A stretch of DNA of 64,000 nucleotides from IMG/VR virus record IMGVR_UViG_3300033072_001097, positions 28,537 through 92,536 of that record; one strand, written 5' to 3'. Positions 1 to 10,073 of this stretch are shown piece by piece. A model generated the notes under the pieces. That model saw only the letters and a program-made list of their open reading frames with translations, was not told the origin of the DNA and did no database searches. Source of the DNA: a virus. Taxonomy: Duplodnaviria; Caudoviricetes. Numbering within the stretch: the first letter of the stretch is position 1; every line of letters starts with the position of its first letter. Made by a program: the position numbers and the translations under genes.

Positions 1-2
1 TT

Positions 3-455
3 GGTAGTACAGTGTATTTGGGAGTCAAAAGTTTACAAGCCCAACAACAATTAATTCGTGCTTTAGAGGCCCTGGCGAATGCTCTCCAAAAACGGCAAAG
101 TTTTGACGGTAATACAGTCGCATATCCAGCAGAGAGTCATACAACAGCGGTTAGAAAAGTCGTTGAACTCGCGCCTGAAATCATCGCCCCGAATCTCAAA
201 ACTCCACCCAGAGCGAGGGGAGGGTTCGGGACCGCAGTTCGTACAGATGACGATATACAAATTCGACAAACCAGTGGAAGCGAAACAAGAAGTGAAGGTT
301 GTCAAATCGGTGGTGGACAATCGGACCAAAACATTGCCACATCCGCCAAAGCCGGTCAATGTACTTCCAGTTCCGACTCCCAACGACCAGCCATTGATTG
401 TTCCGACAAGCCAGGAGATTATACTCCCGACACCGGACCCGGCCCCATCCAATGA
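3..455 (+). CDS. Possible 3' part of a gene entering from the left (hypothetical protein)
   Basis: Frame is open from the window edge to the stop at 455. The helical-looking segment LQAQQQLIRALEALANALQK reads like real protein. Overlaps another open frame (79-543). Confidence 0.35.
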   Translation, partial: GSTVYLGVKSLQAQQQLIRALEALANALQKRQSFDGNTVAYPAESHTTAVRKVVELAPEIIAPNLKTPPRARGGFGTAVRTDDDIQIRQTSGSETRSEGCQIGGGQSDQNIATSAKAGQCTSSSDSQRPAIDCSDKPGDYTPDTGPGPIQ

Positions 456-543
456 CGACCACGCCGACGTCCCCCAGGTTGAGGGACTAAGCGACTACCA
501 AGTACATAGACTCGGCGATGTTTACACCGGCAGGAGATGTCTA

Positions 544-1644
544 ATGAAACACCTAGGCATAGATATTGGCACACGCACAGTAGTACTAGCATATCGCGAC
601 GGCGACGGGAAAGTCCATTATATCTCTGAAATCAACGGCTATTGGCCATTTGAACGTGCTACGCCATTCATCAAAAACATGTTAGATGATCCCAATAAAG
701 TCCGCAGTGATGGAACACAACGGCCAGCTCGCTGGATCGAAATGCCCGACACAGGCCAAGCTATCGTGCTCGGCCAAGACGCAGAAGAATTTGCGTATGC
801 CAAGAATGACACGCTGTGTCGCCCTATGGCTGAAGGCGGGATAACCGCCGATGAGGAAGCCATGACTGTGTTGGGGAGTATCGTCCAAGGTCTGATGGAA
901 ATGGCCGAAAATGAAGTGGGCAAATTCGACGGTGATATACAAGTTTGTTATTGTACAACCGCTCCAGCTCTCAATAAAGACATCAACGTGGATTACCACG
1001 AGCGTGTGATTAATATTGTTATTGACGGCTATCAAACCAAGGCGAAAATTAGGCGTAAGGCTATCCGTGAATCTCATGCGATTGTCATTAATATGAGCCC
1101 CGATGGTACTGGGATTGGTATTTCATGGGGTGCTGGAACCGTCACGGTTAGCTATGTGAAGTATGGTATCGAAATATTTTCATTCTGTTGGGTTGGTGCT
1201 GGTGATTGGATCGACGAGCAAGTTGCGATTCGTCACGGTTATAGCCAACACGCCTCCAAAATCCGCAAGAAGACAGCTAAAGAGACTCCTACGACTGTTT
1301 CCAAGCGGAAAATGAGCGTCGATTTGACACCAGGTAAGGAACCAGATGATAGAGTTGGTTTAGATATTGTACTACATTACGATGTATTGATTAGTACGGT
1401 GATTGATGGTATCATCAAGGGCTTCGAGGAGAATGAGTCAGAAGCTCGTTTAGATGGTGATGCTATTAATGTGTATATGGCTGGCGGGACTAGTTCGCCC
1501 AAGGGCTTTGGGAAGCGTGTGGCTAAGAAGTTCGATGAATTAGAGGTGCCTTTCGAGATTGGCACTATTACTTGTTCTGATATACCTTTATATTGTGTGG
1601 CTACCGGTTGCTTAGAAGCAGCTGAAAAGGGTATTGTTGGGTAG
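544..1644 (+). CDS. Actin-fold (MreB/FtsA/ParM superfamily) ATPase
   Basis: Phosphate-1 motif LGIDIGTRTVV, phosphate-2 GIGISWGAGTVTV, adenosine motif YMAGGTS. AGGAG RBS at 531-535 supports ATG 544. The frame is open upstream to 79 (Pro-rich extension). Confidence 0.75.
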   Translation: MKHLGIDIGTRTVVLAYRDGDGKVHYISEINGYWPFERATPFIKNMLDDPNKVRSDGTQRPARWIEMPDTGQAIVLGQDAEEFAYAKNDTLCRPMAEGGITADEEAMTVLGSIVQGLMEMAENEVGKFDGDIQVCYCTTAPALNKDINVDYHERVINIVIDGYQTKAKIRRKAIRESHAIVINMSPDGTGIGISWGAGTVTVSYVKYGIEIFSFCWVGAGDWIDEQVAIRHGYSQHASKIRKKTAKETPTTVSKRKMSVDLTPGKEPDDRVGLDIVLHYDVLISTVIDGIIKGFEENESEARLDGDAINVYMAGGTSSPKGFGKRVAKKFDELEVPFEIGTITCSDIPLYCVATGCLEAAEKGIVG

Positions 1645-1648
1645 GCTA

Positions 1649-1759
1649 ATGAAAGATTATACGCCGTTTGTGGTTACAGTGGTTCTTATGCTACTGGGGG
1701 TATGGAAGATCGTTGATATTATTATGTGGTTAATGTCGCATTTAGCGTGGGTTAGCTAA
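1649..1759 (+). CDS. Small membrane protein (36 aa, not in ORF track)
   Basis: MKDYTPFVVTVVLMLLGVWKIVDIIMWLMSHLAWVS fills the gap exactly; its TAA overlaps the ATG at 1759. Confidence 0.55.
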   Translation: MKDYTPFVVTVVLMLLGVWKIVDIIMWLMSHLAWVS

Positions 1760-2037
1760 TGGATCGCGACGAAATAATGCAATTAGCTGCTGATAAGGCT
1801 ATCAAGGAACTCAGTTGGGATAGTATTGAGTTTTTGTTTCGTCCAGCCACTCTGTTTGAATTGCTTTTGCGGACTGACTTCGATAATATGGTGCGAAAGA
1901 CAAATGAATGGGTAGCTGATCCCAGTGTTTTACCGTGGAATTCTTATTATTCATCAGAACAATTGCGTATTATACGACGAGCGATTCAAGTAGAAGAATT
2001 CTATCGTTTGTTGTGTAGTATGCGGGATAAGCCATGA
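1759..2037 (+). CDS. Hypothetical protein
   Basis: 92-aa ORF, translationally coupled on both sides. Confidence 0.6.
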   Translation: MDRDEIMQLAADKAIKELSWDSIEFLFRPATLFELLLRTDFDNMVRKTNEWVADPSVLPWNSYYSSEQLRIIRRAIQVEEFYRLLCSMRDKP

Positions 2038-3014
2038 TTAGATTAGATATTCGGGCTACATGCGGTTATTATTCAAGCAATCATATTAAATGCTTATTGC
2101 GATTAGAACCGGAGTTACGCAATTTAGGCATCGAATTTGTCACGCATAATGGTGATATCCAACTAATCCAATGTGTCTCTGATGTTGCTCATCTTGTCGA
2201 TAGAAACATACCAACAATATTACAAGATATTTATTTAGGCCCGGAAATATATTGGCATGGTCTTCGCGAATTCATGCTAAGGGACAACGTCAAAGCGGTC
2301 TTGAAAACGTCCAAGTTCGTTGATCCGGCGATGTACGACATGCGTTTTCAAGATGATATGAAGCACGTAGCTGTATTGGCGAGAAACGAACAAGTGCGTG
2401 CGTATGGTACTAATATCAGCCATGTTTATCATAAAGTACATGTTTTTGCGAATTTAATAGCTTGGGATCACTTTCAACATTCTTGGCAACCGCCTGATCT
2501 GGATGCCCGTCGTGATATTGATGTCAATATTATGCTTGGTAATATCGATGAGCATGCTTATCCCGTTGAAGAGACTCGTTCGCATAGATGGGCTGCGCTC
2601 TACGAAGTTAAAAAGTTGTTTCTTAAATATCCTCATTTGAAAGTATATCTGCGCACGCCACAAGACAAATACTTGAATGGTGGTGAATATCATCAGGTTA
2701 TGCAAAACAGCAAGGTTTGTTTATCACCGTGGGGTTATGATATTACGTGTTGGCGTGATTATGAGTGTGCGTTGTGCGGTGTGCTTGTTATTAGACCGCA
2801 TATGCCTTGGGCAACCACTTGGCCAGAGTTGCCTATAATCACATGTGAACCAGATTTATCGAATTTCGAAGATGTTGTGATGGCCGTGTTATCGAATTTT
2901 AGTGGTTATCGCACACAAAGATTGACAGCGTACAATACAGCTTCATTAGGTATGGACAATAAAGTGTTAGCAAAGAGGTTGGCCGATATCATCAAATTAA
3001 GTCTGTATTCATGA
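2034..3014 (+). CDS. Putative GT-B glycosyltransferase-like protein
   Basis: C-terminal EYHQVMQNSKVCLSPWG...RDYECALCGVLVI resembles the donor-binding domain of GT-B/CgeB/exostosin-like enzymes. Confidence 0.6.
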   Translation: MIRLDIRATCGYYSSNHIKCLLRLEPELRNLGIEFVTHNGDIQLIQCVSDVAHLVDRNIPTILQDIYLGPEIYWHGLREFMLRDNVKAVLKTSKFVDPAMYDMRFQDDMKHVAVLARNEQVRAYGTNISHVYHKVHVFANLIAWDHFQHSWQPPDLDARRDIDVNIMLGNIDEHAYPVEETRSHRWAALYEVKKLFLKYPHLKVYLRTPQDKYLNGGEYHQVMQNSKVCLSPWGYDITCWRDYECALCGVLVIRPHMPWATTWPELPIITCEPDLSNFEDVVMAVLSNFSGYRTQRLTAYNTASLGMDNKVLAKRLADIIKLSLYS

Positions 3015-4297
3015 ATTCTATACAATTATTGAATATTCTAATTGATAGATATGGATATAAGTCATACGCCGGTTTTAATGAATTCACAGATGTGGAATGC
3101 TACAGACCGACGCACGGGCTACCAAAACATTTTGATATTATTCATCTAGATTGTTCTACGCCGACCATCGAGCAGAATATTCAATTAGCTTTAGGGTATT
3201 TAAATCAATATGGTTGCTTAGTCTTGCAAAATTGTTTCACACAGATAGCCAGCATTTGGCGGCTCATAGTTCAGTTACGGCAATTGAATAATCTAGATAC
3301 GATGGTTGTCAGTGAAGATGGCGGTATCGGGCTGGTTTTTAAAGTTCCTAATACTGATATATTATCAAACGATATTGGTGATACAGAGCGATGTTGTGTA
3401 GAATGGTTACGGATAATTTCCGTTAATGACTTGTTGGGTGTGTTACCAGCACCACGTAATCATCGCAATATTACTGTTTCTGTCGATGCCGCGTGGGGTC
3501 GGATAGGTCACCAGTTTAATGATATTATGACAGGCCCGATAGTAGCCGAGCTATTTGGATTGAAGTTTTGCTACAAGGGCTTCAGTGATTTAGATTCAAA
3601 TATTAATAATTTTATTAATTTGGCGGATTTCTATGGTAGATTGGATAATGAGAACCCGGTGTTGGCATTATCCACTTATTTAAATGCACGTAAGTGGTCT
3701 GGGATGAGCCTCGAGTTTTTACGCAGATATGTGCGTGTTATTCCGGTTAACACGAATTTGGTGTTCCGGGAGTCTACTTTTTTCAGTATGAATTCTTTAT
3801 TGTTGGCTGAACAACGACACGATGTTTTGCCGGGAACGCATGCAAAATTGTTGAAGCAGCTGCGTGAGTATATTGTTCAAACCCATCTATATAAGTTGTT
3901 TAACTCTGATTTTGCCGACAATTCTGTAGTTAACGTGGCTGTGTATGTGCGAGGAGGTGGTAAAATTCGAGATAATGCCGGTTATGAATATAGCAAAGCA
4001 ATATATGACCGCATTCTAGAACGTATCAGGCAAGACTATGAAGGCAAACAGTTGCGTGTTGTGTACTATACGCAAGGTCCTATTTCGGATTTAGTTGGTG
4101 ATTATAGTGAAGAAGATGTTGTTATTTGCGATGATGAGTATCCTAGGATATATGAAATAATTAAAACTTTTTTGACTGTCGATGTTTTTGTAGCTGGTAA
4201 TTCTGGTTTCTCCACAACTATTTCGATGTGGAGGGATGGCCCTACATATTGTTCATCCAATCGTTTTGCATTAAATGGTGATAATATAATTATATAA
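3011..4297 (+). CDS. Two-domain protein: degenerate methyltransferase-like N-terminus plus alpha-1,2-fucosyltransferase (GT11)-like C-terminus
   Basis: FDIIHLD...LNQYGCLVL at the N-terminus. GRIGHQF, VAVYVRGG and DVFVAGNSGFS resemble the GT11 motifs GRLGNQ, HVRRGD and NSTFS. Confidence 0.5.
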   Translation: MNSIQLLNILIDRYGYKSYAGFNEFTDVECYRPTHGLPKHFDIIHLDCSTPTIEQNIQLALGYLNQYGCLVLQNCFTQIASIWRLIVQLRQLNNLDTMVVSEDGGIGLVFKVPNTDILSNDIGDTERCCVEWLRIISVNDLLGVLPAPRNHRNITVSVDAAWGRIGHQFNDIMTGPIVAELFGLKFCYKGFSDLDSNINNFINLADFYGRLDNENPVLALSTYLNARKWSGMSLEFLRRYVRVIPVNTNLVFRESTFFSMNSLLLAEQRHDVLPGTHAKLLKQLREYIVQTHLYKLFNSDFADNSVVNVAVYVRGGGKIRDNAGYEYSKAIYDRILERIRQDYEGKQLRVVYYTQGPISDLVGDYSEEDVVICDDEYPRIYEIIKTFLTVDVFVAGNSGFSTTISMWRDGPTYCSSNRFALNGDNIII

Positions 4298-5174
4298 TTT
4301 GTGTGTCTATCGTTTGAGATAGGCAATCTTTTAGTCCTAGAGATGCCAGCTTTTTCCGCATTTTGTGTAGGGCTATTCTATAATAATTGTAGTAATCAAA
4401 TAAATGAGTGTCTTTACCGCATTCTATGAGTGTGACGGTGATTTCGGAATAGTGGATGAACACTATTGGCATTCCACAAATTAAGGTGGTACTATTCACT
4501 CGTTCTCTGGCGAGTGAATCGGCGTTCCATCCTGCCACATTACACCCGTAGTGTTTCAATACTTCTACGTTATCGAAGTAGATTGGTGCTAGATCCAAAT
4601 ATCGTTGATCGACATAGGTATAAGCTTTTTCCGATCTGGTGCATTCTATGGCACACATTTCTGCCCACCACGTCAGCATCTTTTCACAACCGGCACCAAA
4701 TCCGACAAACCCAGCATTATAGATTCCATGTTTGAAATTAAACATGAAGTTGATGTTGAACGGGCTGATTTGCCGCCAATGTGGGGTGAGAATAACAGAT
4801 GCCGTCTGTAATTTGTCCATTATGAATTGATAATCTCCGTAGAAGCAGAGATCGCAATCTACATAACAGATGATCGGATGTTCTTTTCGCAGGTAACTGA
4901 TGAAAATTGGCTTCAACGACCATCGTAATTCATCTACAGTCCTGGCATATTTGTTAGCTATGATTCGTGCTATACATTGATCTGGCTCACTGATTACCTC
5001 TTCCATATCATATACATGGAAGTCAGGAAATATTTTCAACTGGTCGATCGTTTTGGGTTTATAATCCACCACCAAGACATGCATTGTAGTTGGCGCGAAA
5101 GTATTCAAAGACTCGTGTAAAACGAGTGCTTTATCAATATGATTGGTTGTTACGATGGTCGCAAAATGATGCAT
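4290..5174 (-). CDS. GT-A fold glycosyltransferase (GT8-like)
   Basis: FATIVTTNH start, LKP, YVDCDL (DxD), LTPH, GIYNAGFV, DQRYLD, HYGCNVAGWN, VFIHYS. Start moved to 5174 on an AGGAG RBS. Confidence 0.75.
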   Translation of the reverse strand: MHHFATIVTTNHIDKALVLHESLNTFAPTTMHVLVVDYKPKTIDQLKIFPDFHVYDMEEVISEPDQCIARIIANKYARTVDELRWSLKPIFISYLRKEHPIICYVDCDLCFYGDYQFIMDKLQTASVILTPHWRQISPFNINFMFNFKHGIYNAGFVGFGAGCEKMLTWWAEMCAIECTRSEKAYTYVDQRYLDLAPIYFDNVEVLKHYGCNVAGWNADSLARERVNSTTLICGMPIVFIHYSEITVTLIECGKDTHLFDYYNYYRIALHKMRKKLASLGLKDCLSQTIDTQII

Positions 5175-5190
5175 AATTGTCTCCTGTAAA

Positions 5191-6297
5191 CTATTTATCC
5201 ACAACCAGATTATCGCGCCAGTCTTTATATTGTGGTGTTGTGAAAGCATTCCAAAATACCGGTAGCTTTGCGCCCATTCGATAGTATTTATCGCTGATAT
5301 AACTGGTTGAGAATCCCAATTTTGAAAAATAGTGATGCAGTGTGTCGTCTGGCTGATTCGTGCCAATATATAATATGTCGATAGTGTTGCCGTGCTGGAT
5401 GAATTGTAGATTGAGATAAGTTGCGTGTAGTCGGTTGGCTAATTCTAGGTCGAAAACAGTTTGGCCATTTTTAGTGACGCTGTGTGCGATATGTGGCACA
5501 AACTGAAATTGTTGATACTTTCGTCCACATGCACACTGTCGAATCGCTGCCTCGATATGCATATGATCATCAATTGGCCACAATGCCGGTCTGCTCAGAT
5601 TTAACAGGTTGACGATACCGTTTGTTGTCGGTATGAATGTTGGTAAGAAATGTTTGGTCCCATGTTCACAAGTATAAAAATTCATGGTAGTGGTCCAATT
5701 TACCATATTATTATTAAAATGGATATTAGGTGGCGGTGTTTTATAAAATCCCTCCCAGTTGGTTGAAGTTGCCATTGTTGGTGTATGTTGGCACAGATAC
5801 TCGCGAAATCGTTGCGACGATAAGAGATATAGCCAGTTATTAGGATTAGTTGATATAGCATATTCTTCTAATGCTGATAATCTCGTAATCAGAAAGTCCA
5901 GACCATTCGGTTTGTGCAGTGGTGCTGAAATAATATGATGAACGGCGTCTTCGCGAATTTGCGATGGTGGTATTCTTTGATGATCACAAACGCCACCCAT
6001 ATATGGTATAGCCATAATTGATACGAATTTATTTTGCCGACGACATTTGATGAAGTCTTCGATTTGTGTTAACCAAAATTCAGTGTGCGGGCCGAATGTA
6101 AAATATCTGATATACCCGGATGTGCCATTACTAGCTAGAGAATAATCCGATAAGTGTAACTGCGGAGCTAGTTTACACCGATATTCTAACAGTTCTGTGA
6201 ATGGTTCTGAATAATCATATTCCGCAATTTTGGTCCATAATTGTTTTGCTAATTTGAGAGTTGGGCTCTGGTAGTATCGTAGATAGGCGTCAATCAT
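5191..6297 (-). CDS. Phenylacetate-CoA ligase/CapK-like adenylate-forming protein (divergent)
   Basis: SNGTSG loop, FYTCEHG and CACGR motifs are typical of PaaK/CapK-like proteins; overall divergent. Confidence 0.45.
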   Translation of the reverse strand: MIDAYLRYYQSPTLKLAKQLWTKIAEYDYSEPFTELLEYRCKLAPQLHLSDYSLASNGTSGYIRYFTFGPHTEFWLTQIEDFIKCRRQNKFVSIMAIPYMGGVCDHQRIPPSQIREDAVHHIISAPLHKPNGLDFLITRLSALEEYAISTNPNNWLYLLSSQRFREYLCQHTPTMATSTNWEGFYKTPPPNIHFNNNMVNWTTTMNFYTCEHGTKHFLPTFIPTTNGIVNLLNLSRPALWPIDDHMHIEAAIRQCACGRKYQQFQFVPHIAHSVTKNGQTVFDLELANRLHATYLNLQFIQHGNTIDILYIGTNQPDDTLHHYFSKLGFSTSYISDKYYRMGAKLPVFWNAFTTPQYKDWRDNLVVDK

Positions 6298-6568
6298 CTT
6301 CTAATTCGGCTGCTGGGATACTGGCTGAAATAGCACATTCAGTCCCGTTCCACCCTGTACCACCCGCTGTACAAAATGTGCAGCTGCAATATGCATTGGC
6401 TATTGCGTAATCGCTGCCCCAGGAGGATGCTTGGACATTTCCGCTGGCCAACTCCGCTTGGCGGCGGCGTTGCACAAAGATGACTACTTCATCATTACTG
6501 GGTAGGCCGAGTTGAACCCTCTCGATTTCGGTGAAATATTCTTGTCGGACGAGTGGTGAGTGACTCAT
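6290..6568 (-). CDS. Small protein with Cys-rich C-terminal region; candidate radical SAM substrate peptide
   Basis: 92 aa ending NAYCSCTFCTAGGTGWNGTECAISASIPAAELEDD, coupled directly behind the rSAM/SPASM gene. Confidence 0.55.
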   Translation of the reverse strand: MSHSPLVRQEYFTEIERVQLGLPSNDEVVIFVQRRRQAELASGNVQASSWGSDYAIANAYCSCTFCTAGGTGWNGTECAISASIPAAELEDD

Positions 6569-7755
6569 ATGTTGATATGCCTTTCATCTGGTTTGTTAAC
6601 TTGTGGGATCAGATTACCTTCTTTTGCCAGCGATTCAACATGCGCTATTAGGCCATGCTGATCACAATATTTACTGAGATTATGTCCAGTGTTTTCGACT
6701 ACCGTGCATCCACCCCAGCAATATCCTACTACTGGACATTCTTTACATTTCGGATCGTTAAACACTGGCATCGTGTTTAAAGTAAGTTTGGCTTGTTGTT
6801 TTTCCAACGTTTCGAGATCGTCGTATATCGTTCCTATCGGAGTATATGTATAATAATCGCTGAATATATTTCCTGAGCAATCAGTTAAATAAATATGTTG
6901 TCGATACTTACAACAACATCGTTGGCTGAGTCGCGGTTGCCGCAAACCGCTGATATACATGTCACTAGGTTGTGGATGTAATTTGGTTGGTGATATCGTT
7001 CCAATATTTATTCGGTCATAAGCAACGCCGAACCGTACGATCATTTCATAGACTGCTAAGCGGTTCTCCAGTGTGTTGAATTCGTCTTTTAGACAAGCTT
7101 GGACTTCGATCTTGTCTTTGAGCCCTGCTAATACTAATTTGCGTAGATTTGACATGCTCACTTCGAATGGATTTATATGCCCATTTAATGGGATTCTTTG
7201 CGTATTGTGTTGTTCTTCTAGGCCGTCTATGCTTACGCCTATAGAATACAATTTCCGCAAGAAGTCGATGTGTTCTTCTGTTAGTTCGACTGCCAAATTT
7301 GTGTATAGACTAAATCTGGTTTCTAGTCCTTCAATAGATGATATAGAATCCATTAATTCCACGCACTTGGGGACAGCCAACAAACTTTCCCCACCATAGA
7401 ATTGGATGGGAAAGTTTGTTGTTCCATATCTCGCCATACACCGCAGTGCAAAATCTTTGATGGCTGGAACGTCTATTTCCTTTTCTTGTGATCTCACTAA
7501 TTGATGCTTCACCATACAATGTGTGCATCGTAGATTGCATTCCCAAGTCGGCGCAACGAACAAGAAAAATGATTTACCCATAGGACGCCGCATGATTTGC
7601 CATACCAAAGCATCATGCTCCTGACCAGCTAGGAAGAACTTGGAGTGAAAGCGATCTATAGTTGCATCAATTGGTAAATGTCGCCGTGTAACTGTATTAA
7701 AATATACTTGTTGATTATTGTGGGTGGTTTGTACAACATATTTCGAAAATCCCAT
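6565..7755 (-). CDS. Radical SAM enzyme with SPASM domain
   Basis: CNLRCTHC (CxxxCxxC), FYGGE, YTN, VSIDG; C-terminal CKECPVVGYCWGGC...YC. Confidence 0.9.
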   Translation of the reverse strand: MGFSKYVVQTTHNNQQVYFNTVTRRHLPIDATIDRFHSKFFLAGQEHDALVWQIMRRPMGKSFFLFVAPTWECNLRCTHCMVKHQLVRSQEKEIDVPAIKDFALRCMARYGTTNFPIQFYGGESLLAVPKCVELMDSISSIEGLETRFSLYTNLAVELTEEHIDFLRKLYSIGVSIDGLEEQHNTQRIPLNGHINPFEVSMSNLRKLVLAGLKDKIEVQACLKDEFNTLENRLAVYEMIVRFGVAYDRINIGTISPTKLHPQPSDMYISGLRQPRLSQRCCCKYRQHIYLTDCSGNIFSDYYTYTPIGTIYDDLETLEKQQAKLTLNTMPVFNDPKCKECPVVGYCWGGCTVVENTGHNLSKYCDQHGLIAHVESLAKEGNLIPQVNKPDERHINI

Positions 7756-8471
7756 TACGCATCCCTAAGAAAAATAACCGGATTAGTAGCAGCGCGACTT
7801 TTGGCTACCGTTATCCAATCTACATCGTGCTCTATAGCCCAAATTGAATTCGGATGACTTCGCTTTTGTACTAATATTTCTGGCACAATATCTATAGCGA
7901 ACTCTCGATTGAGTCGTAACCAATAATTGTAGTCTTGCGCACATCGGACGGTAGGATCAAAATAACCGATTCGTTCAAAAGCCTGCCTAGTGAACATCGC
8001 GCCGGGCGACAATACACAATTTTTTTCTGGTAGTAATCTTTCGACTTCATCACCAGTCTGACACACGTCTGCCAGCCAAGCATCTGGTACAACATTTCCA
8101 TTTTCGTCGATGGCTTCTGCCCAGCAACTTACTAGACCAACTCTGTTGGTCATTAATGCTAACTCTCTGTTCAATCGGTCTGGGAAAGCGATGTCATCGC
8201 CATCGTGTCTGGCGAATATTGTACCAGTGGCTTGGTCGATAGCTATGTTCAGGCATTTGGTTAATCCAATGTTGCGTGCAAGTCGGATTATTTTTAGGCG
8301 TGGGTCGTAATAACAACGAAGAATATCTTGGACGTCATTATCAGAGCCATCATCTACCAGAATTACTTCTAAATCTTTAAGAGTTTGATTTAATATGCTA
8401 TCTAACGATGCTCGTAAAAATTCTGAGCAATTGTATACAGCCATTATCACGGAAACTAAGGGTGCGTTCAT
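7755..8471 (-). CDS. Glycosyltransferase family 2
   Basis: PLVSVIMAVYN, EVILVDDGS, ARHDGDD, AQDY. Confidence 0.92.
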   Translation of the reverse strand: MNAPLVSVIMAVYNCSEFLRASLDSILNQTLKDLEVILVDDGSDNDVQDILRCYYDPRLKIIRLARNIGLTKCLNIAIDQATGTIFARHDGDDIAFPDRLNRELALMTNRVGLVSCWAEAIDENGNVVPDAWLADVCQTGDEVERLLPEKNCVLSPGAMFTRQAFERIGYFDPTVRCAQDYNYWLRLNREFAIDIVPEILVQKRSHPNSIWAIEHDVDWITVAKSRAATNPVIFLRDA

Positions 8472-9400
8472 AGGTAGACAAAATTACCGACCGGCTCGCG
8501 TAATGGTAATTGTTGTTGTACAACATCTGTGACTATTAGCGTGCCGAACCATAATAATCGTTGCCGGAGCTGAACCACAATGACGTGTCTGTCTAACGCT
8601 TGTAGCATCTTATCTACGTCTAACGAGGATGGATGGTCTGAGAATAATAGGTACTCAGCGTTCGTGTTCCGGATAACATCATTGATCACTCTGAGATCAT
8701 ATGGGATAACCAAATGGGCGTTATTGTCTATGGGGTAGTCACCACTAATCTGGATTAATTTGACCTGGTCACAACATACACCTTTGGCTATATGAAACGG
8801 GAGGTCGTCAATATTCTTGGAGCGATTTGACTGATGTTCTCTATGGAAATGAATTCCGGTTTGTTTGGTTGTCGGGCATCCGGCTCGAATTAGCCGTCGC
8901 CAAAATACCCAATCTTCGTGGCAATTGAGAGGTGGTGTGGGATAGAAAGCATCACTTATTTCGATGCTCTGTCTACTCACTAGACTGGCTACTGCCAAAT
9001 AATTTTCTTGTGATATACATTGTTGATGATAGAATAGTTTGCGATCGATGTTGCCAAATTGTTGTACATCGCAATATACGATATTATTGTCTGTTTTGAC
9101 CGCTAGGCCAGCGGCAATATAGTCATCACTGATAAAGTCGTCAGCGTCTAAGAAACAGACGACTTCTTTGGTGGTTTGTTCAAATCCAGCTTTGCGACTA
9201 AGAAAAGGGTTGCCGTATTGTACCTGTAGATATGGGAGCAGTGTAATGCTAGGTTTGGTCTGGTCGTATACTATTAATATCTCATCTGGCGGGACTGTTT
9301 GGGTGCAAACACTGTCCAGAGCTTTGGGAAGGTATTGATGATATTCATCACAGCATGTGATGACAACGCTGACAGTGCGTTTGTGGTTGTCTAATATCAT
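8468..9400 (-). CDS. Glycosyltransferase family 2
   Basis: VSVVIT, QTVPPDEILIVYD, FLDADD, HEDW. Confidence 0.85.
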   Translation of the reverse strand: MILDNHKRTVSVVITCCDEYHQYLPKALDSVCTQTVPPDEILIVYDQTKPSITLLPYLQVQYGNPFLSRKAGFEQTTKEVVCFLDADDFISDDYIAAGLAVKTDNNIVYCDVQQFGNIDRKLFYHQQCISQENYLAVASLVSRQSIEISDAFYPTPPLNCHEDWVFWRRLIRAGCPTTKQTGIHFHREHQSNRSKNIDDLPFHIAKGVCCDQVKLIQISGDYPIDNNAHLVIPYDLRVINDVIRNTNAEYLLFSDHPSSLDVDKMLQALDRHVIVVQLRQRLLWFGTLIVTDVVQQQLPLREPVGNFVYL

Positions 9401-10073
9401 GATTATTCAGTATGTTGAAGGTGAAGTTACTATCTTTGAAGTGAATGGGAAGATATATTATTTCAGAGATTCACCGAATTTTCCAGAATTGTTTGACGAT
9501 CAGTTACACAAGTTGATTGTTCCGAATCTGGATCATTGGATTCAAGCTGCCACTGATCAGCGGCATTCCTTGCGTGGGTTACAAGATATGAGTGTTGCGT
9601 TCTTAGCTGGTCTTCATTGTGGTGTTTCCGATCAGGATGCACATATTTTAGTTAATAATACAATCAATGCGACTAGACAAATGATTTTCCACACGGATCT
9701 TGCTAATCGCTATGGGCGTATGTATTTCATTGAGTTGATTGACCCAACCAAAATTGAATCTGTGCATACAAAGTCTATTGCGGCAAATTTTGATAAGTTG
9801 TTAGAAAAATGCGGTCGCACAAAGTTGTATAATTATCTATGTAGGTTTTGGCAAGCATGTAATTATACATTGCCGAGTGTGGCGGCTGTTTTTGAGGCTT
9901 TTATACGCCGATTGGGTTTACAACCGACGACTCCTGAATATCCAGAGACTGGTGATTTAGATAATGAATTGAAAGAGAAAGTGTGTCGGATGGTGTTTAG
10001 GAAAATGTCGGTTTATCACATTTCAGATGAAATGATTATCAATGCCAGAAGAATTCAAACCCGAAGAATATAA
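9399..10073 (+). CDS. Hypothetical protein
   Basis: Long ORF leading into the DnaE gene; first ATG after the divergent gene is at 9399 (start uncertain). Confidence 0.6.
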   Translation: MIIQYVEGEVTIFEVNGKIYYFRDSPNFPELFDDQLHKLIVPNLDHWIQAATDQRHSLRGLQDMSVAFLAGLHCGVSDQDAHILVNNTINATRQMIFHTDLANRYGRMYFIELIDPTKIESVHTKSIAANFDKLLEKCGRTKLYNYLCRFWQACNYTLPSVAAVFEAFIRRLGLQPTTPEYPETGDLDNELKEKVCRMVFRKMSVYHISDEMIINARRIQTRRI

